NCBI GenBank assembly: GCA_049513975.1
Contig: JBEKVM010000033.1
Location: 3,788 to 67,787, forward strand
Origin: Verrucomicrobiota bacterium
GTDB lineage: Bacteria; Verrucomicrobiota; Verrucomicrobiia; Limisphaerales; Palsa-1400
Reading direction: 5' to 3'
DNA length: 64,000 bases
The translations under genes were made by a program, and so were the position numbers. Each line of letters begins with the position of its first letter. The first letter of the stretch is position 1. Positions 54,768-61,189 of the stretch are shown here, piece after piece. Under the pieces are notes generated by a model that saw only the letters and a list, made by a program, of their open reading frames with translations, was not told where the DNA came from and did not search any database.

Positions 54768-55651
54768 ACGCATATTGCAATGAGGTGTTCTACGTTTACG
54801 GGTTCACCCAGGCTGGCCTCGTGCCGGAAGCCGCGGACGCGGCCATCTCTGAAGCGGGGGTTGGCGCCGGCGTTTTCAGCGGCGGCTTGGAGGAACCGCA
54901 CCCTCCATTTTTCCGGCGCAGCGGCCGAGTGGCTGCGGTCGTGAGCCGGGTTTCGCCATCTGAATTCTGCGGTCCAACAGGTGAAAAGAATCTGCAAGAC
55001 GTGGCGTGGCTGGCCCCGCGGGCCTGCCGGCACCAGGCCGTCCTGGAGCAGCTCATGCGCCTGGGCGCGGTGTTGCCGGCGCGGTTCGGGACGCTCTTTT
55101 CCTCGACGGCAAGCCTGGAAAGTTTTATGGGGCGACACGGAGCCGCCATAGGCCGGTTTCTGGAGCGCGTGAGGGGCCAGGAAGAATGGGCGGTGAAGGG
55201 CTTCCTCGACCCCCAGGCGCGCGCGGAGGCGGAATGGCTGGCAGGCCGCCGTGCAGAGCAGCCAGGCCCGTCAGGTTCGTCGCCCGGTCTGGCCTACTTG
55301 CAGGAACAAAGCCTGCGCATCCAGGCCCGGGAGGCCCTGGACGAACGGCTCGCCGGGGTCTGCGGCGACCTCTTGCTCGAGTTGAACCCACTGGCCTCTG
55401 AAATTGTCCCGCGCCGGATTTTGGCCCAGGAAACGTCGGACGCGGCGCGAGAGATGGTGCTCAATTGGGCTTTGCTCTTGCCGTCGGCGGCGGTGGCGGA
55501 TTTTCGCGGCCGGATCGAGCACGCCAACGCGGAACAAAATCGCGGCGGCCTGGCCTTCGAAGTGTCCGGTCCCTGGCCTCCCTACAGTTTCTGTCCGGTC
55601 CTGGAAGCGGAGGCGGCGCGGGAAGAGGCCCTAATGGAGGTAAAACCATGA
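54764..55651 (+). CDS. gvpF: Gas vesicle protein GvpF/GvpL family
   Basis: VFYVYGFTQAG...GRVAAVVSRV...VAWLAPRACRHQAVLEQLMRLGAVLPARFGTLF...EEWAVKGF...GPWPPYSF is the GvpF/L pattern. ATGA overlaps occur at both ends. Confidence 0.85.
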   Translation: MNAYCNEVFYVYGFTQAGLVPEAADAAISEAGVGAGVFSGGLEEPHPPFFRRSGRVAAVVSRVSPSEFCGPTGEKNLQDVAWLAPRACRHQAVLEQLMRLGAVLPARFGTLFSSTASLESFMGRHGAAIGRFLERVRGQEEWAVKGFLDPQARAEAEWLAGRRAEQPGPSGSSPGLAYLQEQSLRIQAREALDERLAGVCGDLLLELNPLASEIVPRRILAQETSDAAREMVLNWALLLPSAAVADFRGRIEHANAEQNRGGLAFEVSGPWPPYSFCPVLEAEAAREEALMEVKP

Positions 55652-57114
55652 GCGCAGATCGTGCGGAGGCGAAGGGCGATGACAGTCTTTACGAAATGCT
55701 GTTGAATGCGATTCCTTCGTCGGTGTTGCTGGTCGGGCGGGATTTGCGCATCACCCTGGCCAACCGGAATTTTTTGGAAAGAAGCCGGCGCACCAGGGAA
55801 GAGACGCTGGACCGGCGATTGCCGGAAGTCTTTCCGCCTGCGATTTTGGATCACACCGAGATTGTTCGGCGCATTCAAAGCGTTTTCGACACCAACAAAC
55901 CAACCACCGGCGAAAGAATCAGCTACCGCGCCCCGGGCGGGCTGATGCGCATTTACTACTACCGCGTCCTCCCCCTGCCCGACCGGGACAATGTGGAGTT
56001 TGCCATCCTGGTGATGGAGGACGTGACGGAACGGGAGCGTTTGAGCGAGGACATCCGCCGCATGGAGCGCCACCTCAGGATCGTGGTGGAGAGCACCAGC
56101 GAAATCATTCTTTCCACCGACACCGAGGGCCGGATTCTCAGTTGGAACCAATCCGCCGAGCAGATTTCCGGCTACACCCCGCAGGAAGTGGAAGGCAGGC
56201 ACTTTTGGGCGTTTTGCGCCCCGGAGCATCAGGCCGGCGTGCGCCGCTCGTTTTCCGAATGGGAAGCGGGCAAAACCCCGCAAAGGCTGGAATGGAATTT
56301 GGTGAGCAAAAGCGCCAAAGCGGTTCCGCTTTCCTGGATCTTTTCCCCCATGATGGACGACCAGGGCCAAACCATCGGCATTGTCGCCGTCGGGCGCAAC
56401 CTGGCGGAAAGCCGCAAGCTGGAAGCCCAACTGCTCCAGGCCCAAAAGCTGGCCGCCCTGGGGGTGATGGCCGGCGGCATTGCCCATGAGTTGCGCAATC
56501 CTCTGGCCATCTGTTCCTCCGCCGCCCAGTTCCTCATGCAGGAGGAAATCACCCCCCAGTTCCGCCGCGAGTGCGCCCAAAAAATGCAACAGGGAATGCA
56601 ACGGGCCTCCGGCATCATTGATCACCTCCTCAAATTCACCCGCCCTTCGCAGCGCGGGGATCGCGTCAAGCTGGACCTCCTGGCCGTCCTCAAAGAAACC
56701 CTGGCCTTGGTGGCCGACCAGGCCAAAATTCAAAACATAGACGTGATCGCTCAACTGCCTGATGCGCCACCCTTCGTTCAGGGCGACGCGCACCTGCTGC
56801 AACAGGTCTTCATGAACCTGTTTTTGAACGCCATCCACGCCATGCCCACCGGCGGCCAACTCAGGGTCCTCGTCGCAACCGCCCCCCATCAGGTTTCTGT
56901 CCAGGTGGCCGACACCGGCCACGGCATCGCCGCGGCGGACCTGGCAAACATCTTTGATCCGTTCTGGTCCGAGTCCAACGGCAGAAAAGGCACCGGCTTG
57001 GGCCTGCCCCTTTGCTACGCCATTGTCCAACAGCACGCCGGCTCCATTGAGGTGGAAAGTGCGCCGGGACAAGGCAGCGTCTTCACCGTGCGCTTGGGCC
57101 TGAGCCAGAACTGA
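55648..57114 (+). CDS. Cytoplasmic PAS-PAS histidine kinase; GvrB-like
   Basis: No TM segment. There are two PAS-like regions. H-box HELRNPLAICSSA, N-box QQVFMNLFLNAIHAM, G1 DTGHGI, G2 GTGLGLPLC. Confidence 0.9.
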   Translation: MSADRAEAKGDDSLYEMLLNAIPSSVLLVGRDLRITLANRNFLERSRRTREETLDRRLPEVFPPAILDHTEIVRRIQSVFDTNKPTTGERISYRAPGGLMRIYYYRVLPLPDRDNVEFAILVMEDVTERERLSEDIRRMERHLRIVVESTSEIILSTDTEGRILSWNQSAEQISGYTPQEVEGRHFWAFCAPEHQAGVRRSFSEWEAGKTPQRLEWNLVSKSAKAVPLSWIFSPMMDDQGQTIGIVAVGRNLAESRKLEAQLLQAQKLAALGVMAGGIAHELRNPLAICSSAAQFLMQEEITPQFRRECAQKMQQGMQRASGIIDHLLKFTRPSQRGDRVKLDLLAVLKETLALVADQAKIQNIDVIAQLPDAPPFVQGDAHLLQQVFMNLFLNAIHAMPTGGQLRVLVATAPHQVSVQVADTGHGIAAADLANIFDPFWSESNGRKGTGLGLPLCYAIVQQHAGSIEVESAPGQGSVFTVRLGLSQN

Positions 57115-57130
57115 TCCCTCAACCGGTGCG

Positions 57131-57598
57131 ATGAACCACGAATACCTCATTGTGGATGACGAGCCGGACCTCTGCTGGGCCTTGGAGAATCTTTTGTCCT
57201 CCAAAGGGCTGCCTTGTCAAAAAGCCCAGACCGCCCAGGCGGCTCTGGACTTGATGAAGGCTCACCGCTTCCAACTGGCCTTCCTCGATGTCACCCTGCC
57301 GGATATGAACGGACTGGAGTTGGCCAGGCGTTTGCGCAATTTGGACCCCTTTCTGCGCGTCGTCATCGTCTCCGGTTACCTTTCCAAGGAAGCGGCGGCC
57401 ATGGCCCAGGCCCAGGCCGAAGGACTGATTTGCGCCTGCATCAACAAGCCTTTCCTGCATGAAGAAATCCTCCGCGTCATCCAGGATTTGGCGCCGGCGG
57501 ACCGGGCGCGGCGGGGAGGAATCGCCCCGCCACTAGGGAGCGCCGGCCAGGGAACTAATTCCCCAAAGGTTCCCGGGCGGCCCGTTGCTCAATCTTAA
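57131..57598 (+). CDS. Single-domain CheY-like response regulator; GvrC-like
   Basis: YLIVDDEPDL...AFLDVTLPDMNG...VVIVSG...INKPF is the REC domain. The last ~25 codons read through the conserved upstream-activator block of the gvpA promoter. Confidence 0.85.
   Translation: MNHEYLIVDDEPDLCWALENLLSSKGLPCQKAQTAQAALDLMKAHRFQLAFLDVTLPDMNGLELARRLRNLDPFLRVVIVSGYLSKEAAAMAQAQAEGLICACINKPFLHEEILRVIQDLAPADRARRGGIAPPLGSAGQGTNSPKVPGRPVAQS
57521..57567 (+). promoter_or_regulatory. Candidate enhancer/UAS for the NtrC-like activator (47-bp block containing AGGGAA-N4-TTCCCC), copy A
   Basis: 41 of 47 nt are identical to 60955..61001. The inverted repeat centre lies ~106 bp upstream of the -24 element at 57662. 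Confidence 0.6.
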
Positions 57599-57660
57599 AA
57601 CCGCCGGCCAGCCCGGTGCCGGCGGCGGCAAGGCCATCGGGCCGCCTCCTCCCCAAGCCC

Positions 57661-57676
57661 TGGCATGACTTATGCA
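57661..57676 (+). promoter_or_regulatory. Sigma-54 (-24/-12) promoter of gvpA: TGGCATGACTTATGCA
   Basis: GG (57662-3) and GC (57674-5) are separated by exactly 10 nt, matching the TGGCAC-N5-TTGCW consensus. It lies 77 nt upstream of the gvpA ATG. A paralogous copy lies before gvpN. Confidence 0.7.
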
Positions 57677-57752
57677 CCAGTTCGCGGCGAGAACGATTCC
57701 AGGTGTTCTGGAAGGATCATGAGTAAGGGAAACATTAAAAACAAAAACGAAT

Positions 57753-57971
57753 ATGGCAAAAGTCACAAAATCAACAGACTCCTCGAGTCTGGCAGAAGTG
57801 GTGGATCGAATTCTTGACAAGGGCATCGTCATTGATGTTTGGGCCAAGGTTTCACTGGTCGGAATCGAACTGGTTTCCATTGAAGCCCGCGTCGTCATCG
57901 CTTCAGTCGAGACCTACTTGAAGTACGCCGAGGCCATCGGCCTGACGGCGACCGCGGCAGCCCCCGCCTAA
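57753..57971 (+). CDS. gvpA: Gas vesicle structural protein GvpA
   Basis: [64 protein letters not shown] is an almost canonical GvpA sequence (72 aa). Confidence 0.95.
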   Translation: MAKVTKSTDSSSLAEVVDRILDKGIVIDVWAKVSLVGIELVSIEARVVIASVETYLKYAEAIGLTATAAAPA

Positions 57972-57996
57972 ACCGGGAGGGGCCAGCCGGCGTCGG

Positions 57997-58021
57997 GCGG
58001 GGAATGGAATCCATTCTCCGC
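57997..58021 (+). terminator. 11-bp stem / 3-nt loop hairpin just downstream of gvpA (no U-tract); candidate attenuator or mRNA-stabilising structure
   Basis: gcggggaatgg-aat-ccattctccgc forms 10 Watson-Crick pairs plus one G-U. Confidence 0.35.
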
Positions 58022-58070
58022 CTGACCCAACGGCGCCACCAGAAATCCTCAAACCAGGAAAGGTTTTTCC

Positions 58071-58478
58071 ATGAGCAGTAATTTATCCAATGACATGACG
58101 CGGTTGTGCGGCCAGATCGCCGCCTGGCGCAGCATCCGCGCGGATTTGATGAGCAACCTCGCGGAGACCCGCGCGCAAACGCAGGCGGCGGTCAGCCAGA
58201 TGCTGGCCGGCTTCGGCGAGGCCCGATCCGAAATGGCCCAACAAACCAAGGTCGAACTGGGCGGATTTGTCGGCCGCGTCAAGGAAGCGGTGACCGGGCT
58301 GCGGCAAACCGTCGCCCAGTTGCAGGATGACTTCAGGGAGGACCTCGCGGGCGCCCACCGGGCCTGGCATGGCGCCAGCGCCGGGCCTGGGTCCGCGCCA
58401 ACCGCCGCAAAGCCGTCCTTTCGGGCCGAGGAACCCTCCGGCGAGCTGGCCCCCAAAGCGAGAAAGAAGAAACGGTAG
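58071..58478 (+). CDS. Hypothetical coiled-coil protein immediately downstream of gvpA; candidate GvpC-like shell-associated protein
   Basis: 135 aa, predicted helical, Arg/Gln/Ala-rich (IRADLMSNLAETRAQTQAAVSQMLAGFGEARSEMAQQTKVELGGFVGRVKEAVTGLRQTVAQLQDDF), with a basic tail KARKKKR. Position is the main argument for the call. Confidence 0.45.
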   Translation: MSSNLSNDMTRLCGQIAAWRSIRADLMSNLAETRAQTQAAVSQMLAGFGEARSEMAQQTKVELGGFVGRVKEAVTGLRQTVAQLQDDFREDLAGAHRAWHGASAGPGSAPTAAKPSFRAEEPSGELAPKARKKKR

Positions 58479-58488
58479 GACCAGCGGG

Positions 58489-58519
58489 AAACGGTGGGAC
58501 CCGCGCGTCGCCACCGTTT
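58489..58519 (+). terminator. Hairpin aaacggtgg-N13-ccaccgttt after the coiled-coil gene; possible terminator
   Basis: A perfect 9-bp stem followed by atccagacatttt. The U-tract is weak. Confidence 0.3.
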
Positions 58520-58552
58520 ATCCAGACATTTTGGCCTCAATGACCGGCTTCT

Positions 58553-58642
58553 ATGGGTAGCATGGGTGGCATGGGTGGCATGGGTGGCATGGGTAGCATG
58601 GGTGGCAAGGGTTGCATGGGTGGCAAGGGTGGCATGGGTGGG
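58553..58642 (+). repeat. Tandem array of ten 9-bp units (consensus ATGGGTGGC)
   Basis: atgggtagc atgggtggc x3 atgggtagc atgggtggc aagggttgc atgggtggc aagggtggc atgggtggg. The + strand is G-rich, and the array is in frame with a possible 42-codon ORF 58553..58681 (MGS MGG MGG ...). Confidence 0.9.
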
Positions 58643-58729
58643 CGCCGCACCACAGCGGCAAAGGGACTAATCGGTCATTGAGGCCGTTCTCACCAGGAGC
58701 GATTGGCCGCCCAACCGATGAGACACCTG

Positions 58730-58823
58730 ATACCGTTTCCAGTTCGTAACTGCACTATTGCCAAGGCGATTGGCGGCGGTCGCAGACCGCCGCTACAGTG
58801 CAAAAGCAAAGTGGAAACGGTAT
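58730..58823. repeat. 94-nt structured element: perfect 12-bp inverted repeat (ataccgtttcca / tggaaacggtat) enclosing a REP-type hairpin
   Basis: Read directly. The inner hairpin is gcggcggt-cgcag-accgccgc followed by tacag, belonging to the REP family at 4444, 5278 and 24979. Confidence 0.55.
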
Positions 58824-59022
58824 GACTCCATTCTGTAAACAAGAGCTTGGCGGCCGAGCAAGAACTCAATGAAGAAAACCTGGGGCAAAAACGTTTCATT
58901 TCTTGACACACCCCTGGATCCCCCGCCCTTTCATTATCAATGAGGAGGCGGCCTCTGAATAATGTTCGTCACCGCGCTCCTGATTCGTTCCTTTGCCAAA
59001 TGCGTTCCTGCCAGACTCAGAT

Positions 59023-59040
59023 GATTGTCATCTGACAATC
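59023..59040. promoter_or_regulatory. Perfect 18-bp palindrome GATTGTCA-TC-TGACAATC; candidate operator
   Basis: Read directly in the AT-rich spacer ~200 bp upstream of the phosphoesterase gene. Confidence 0.35.
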
Positions 59041-59082
59041 TGGCATTTTCATTTAAGCCGTTTCCAATTGCACTTTCAGGAC

Positions 59083-59100
59083 CTGTCACCGGGCTGTAAC
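59083..59100 (+). promoter_or_regulatory. Pho-box-like direct repeat CTGTCAC-N4-CTGTAAC
   Basis: The 11-bp periodicity and sequence match the enterobacterial PhoB box CTGTCAT-N4-CTGTCAC. It lies ~140 bp upstream of a phosphoesterase gene. Transferability of this consensus to this phylum is unknown. Confidence 0.3.
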
Positions 59101-59241
59101 TCGACCGCCATTTCCGTGACCGAATTATTACAATCGTCACGTTGACCCGCGCGGAACGGGTGTGGTTAAGTGGGCGCGCTTATACGGCAAGTTAATGGCC
59201 AGTATAAGAAAACAAAATTGCACATGAGAAAAGAGTTACCT

Positions 59242-60825
59242 ATGAAGACAAAAATGCACATCAATCGGCTAAACAGCACAAACAGCACAAACAGCACAGT
59301 GAGAGTCTCCGGTCGGCGTCCCGGCAGGCTCGGGCGCAAAACCGCGCTGATCGGCGCCACCGCAACGGCCCTTCTGCTCGCCGCCCATCTGGCCCGGGCG
59401 GGCGATGACCGTGACCGGACGCAAGCAGGCGCCATCTTCGTGATCGCTCTGGAGAATCACAACTTGACCCAGCCCACCCCGGCTTCCAGTCCGCAGCAAA
59501 TTCTCGGCAATCCGGCTGCTCCCTTTATCAACAGCCTCATGACGCCGGGCAATGCGAATGCGGCGCAGGTTTCGTATGCCGCGGCCTACTACAACGACGG
59601 CATCGGCGTCCATCCCTCCGAGCCTAACTATGTCTGGGCCGAAGCCGGGACGGATTTTGGGTTTCACTCCGATGCCGACCCCAGCCCCGCCAATGGCAAC
59701 AAGTTCTATGATAACTCACCCCATCTCATCAGCCATTTGACTGCAAATGGCAACACCTTGATGTTTTGGCATCGTAACGATTCACCTCATCTCACCGGGC
59801 AATTGAACGCGGCCGGCATCCCGTGGAAAAACTACCAGGAAGACGTTGAACTGAGCGCAAGCCCGACTAACAGCGCCTCGGGCACCGGCGGCCCGGTCAA
59901 TCCCTACAACGGCACCACCCAATATAATTACGCCGTCAAACACAACCCCATGGCCTTCTTCAGCGACAGCGCCCTCCTGAATGTCTATCCGCTCGCCCAG
60001 CTCTTCCTGGACCTCGACGCCGGCGCGGTCGGGCGCTACAACTGGATCACGCCCGATCAATATAACGAAGCCCATAGCGCGCTCAACGGCGGCTTCACCT
60101 ATCAGGGCATCCATTATACCGGCGACCAGTCCGCCATTGCCGCAGCCGACAACTTCCTCGCCACCGTCGTCCCGCAAATCATGGCGTCGAAGGCCTACCT
60201 GGACAATGGGGTCATTATCCTTTGGTGGGATGAAACTGAAGGCGGTGACAGCACCGCCTTCACCCTTCCTGAGATCATTATCTCGCCTCTGGCCAAGGGC
60301 AACGCCTACGCCAGCACCGTGCCCATGAACCATTCCTCCGACCTCAAAACCATGGAGGAGATTTTCGGCCTGCCAGCGGTCAACAATCCCATCCCGCTGA
60401 CTGAGACCAACGCCGGCGGCGATTTCAACTACGTCGCTACCGTCAATGACCTGAGCGACCTGTTCCTGCCCGGGACGATCCCCGCTCCTCTGAACTTGGC
60501 GGTGACGGGCGACAGTTTCGTGATGGACCGCCATACGGGACAGGTTTCGCAGAGGGTGCTTATCACCAACAACGGCGACACTCCGGCCCACGCCCCCTTG
60601 TTCCTCGTGCTGGACAGCCTCAGCGCCAATGCCACGCTGCTCAATTCGGACGGAACGACGGCGCTTCTTGCCCCCCTCGGCAGCCCCTATGTCAGAGTTC
60701 ACCTCGGCGACCACGACGTCCTGCGTCCCCATGATACCGCAAGGGTGACGTTGGAGTTCCTCGACCCGAGCGGCGATGCCATAGCGTACAACGCGCGCGT
60801 GCTTAATGTCACGCCGGCGCCTTGA
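59242..60825 (+). CDS. Secreted phosphoesterase-family protein (phospholipase C / acid phosphatase AcpA-like)
   Basis: FVIALENHN...GVHPSEPNYVWAEAGT...VKHNPMAFF...WWDETEGGD are the phosphoesterase-family blocks. The N-terminus carries an NST x3 repeat (9-bp aacagcaca x3 at 59272..59298). The start is uncertain (59224 or 59242). Confidence 0.75.
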   Translation: MKTKMHINRLNSTNSTNSTVRVSGRRPGRLGRKTALIGATATALLLAAHLARAGDDRDRTQAGAIFVIALENHNLTQPTPASSPQQILGNPAAPFINSLMTPGNANAAQVSYAAAYYNDGIGVHPSEPNYVWAEAGTDFGFHSDADPSPANGNKFYDNSPHLISHLTANGNTLMFWHRNDSPHLTGQLNAAGIPWKNYQEDVELSASPTNSASGTGGPVNPYNGTTQYNYAVKHNPMAFFSDSALLNVYPLAQLFLDLDAGAVGRYNWITPDQYNEAHSALNGGFTYQGIHYTGDQSAIAAADNFLATVVPQIMASKAYLDNGVIILWWDETEGGDSTAFTLPEIIISPLAKGNAYASTVPMNHSSDLKTMEEIFGLPAVNNPIPLTETNAGGDFNYVATVNDLSDLFLPGTIPAPLNLAVTGDSFVMDRHTGQVSQRVLITNNGDTPAHAPLFLVLDSLSANATLLNSDGTTALLAPLGSPYVRVHLGDHDVLRPHDTARVTLEFLDPSGDAIAYNARVLNVTPAP

Positions 60826-60954
60826 GCCGGTCGCCTTGCCAGGACTTGGGCGATATTGTCGGGATTCTTCACGGGGGCCGGCCTTGAGCCGGCCCCCCTT
60901 TGCTTTTTCGCCGGACTGTTAACCCCCCCTGACAACTCCGGGGAACCGGGGAGG

Positions 60955-61001
60955 ATCGTCCCGCCAATAGGGAGCGCGGGCCAGGGAACCCATTCCCTAA
61001 A
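60955..61001 (+). promoter_or_regulatory. Candidate enhancer/UAS for the NtrC-like activator (AGGGAA-N4-TTCCCT), copy B
   Basis: 41/47 identity with 57521..57567. The inverted repeat centre lies ~103 bp upstream of the -24 element at 61093. Confidence 0.6.
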
Positions 61002-61091
61002 TCCTGCCGGCAGGCCGTCTCCGAATCCAAAAAACGGGGGCAACGCCCGGTGAACAGGACGGCCAGCTCACGGCGGCAACTGCTGCCCGCG

Positions 61092-61107
61092 CATGGCATG
61101 GCTTATG
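61092..61107 (+). promoter_or_regulatory. Sigma-54 (-24/-12) promoter of the gvpN operon: TGGCATGGCTTATGCA
   Basis: GG (61093-4) and GC (61105-6) are separated by 10 nt. The 63 nt from here to ATGAG (61154+) are ~90% identical to the gvpA promoter/leader. Confidence 0.7.
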
Positions 61108-61189
61108 CAGAAGTTCCCGGCGAGAACGATTCCAAGTGTTCTGGAAGGATCATGAGCGGGCAAAACAATGATAACAATTGCGTTTCGGC

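Noticed and set aside
52536-57204. 745-aa (52536..54773) and 540-aa (55582..57204) minus-strand ORFs
   Set aside because: They are antisense to the Cdc48-type ATPase and the histidine kinase, both of which carry complete motif sets.
58553-58642. 9-bp array and the hexamer arrays (7041, 15316, 33110) considered as CRISPR arrays
   Set aside because: The units are 6-9 bp with no spacers, so they are simple tandem repeats. No cas genes are in the window.
58553-58642. Multiple sigma-54 promoters inside the 9-bp array (recurrent TGGCA)
   Set aside because: The GG-to-GC spacing within the array is 8 nt rather than the required 10, so the units cannot be canonical -24/-12 promoters. This is kept only as a decoy hypothesis in the findings.
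60856-61053. 65-aa ORF sharing the peptide PPIGSAGQGTHS with the tail of the CheY-like protein (PPLGSAGQGTNS)
   Set aside because: The similarity comes from the duplicated non-coding UAS DNA block read in the same frame. It is not a protein domain, and the ORF has no start context.
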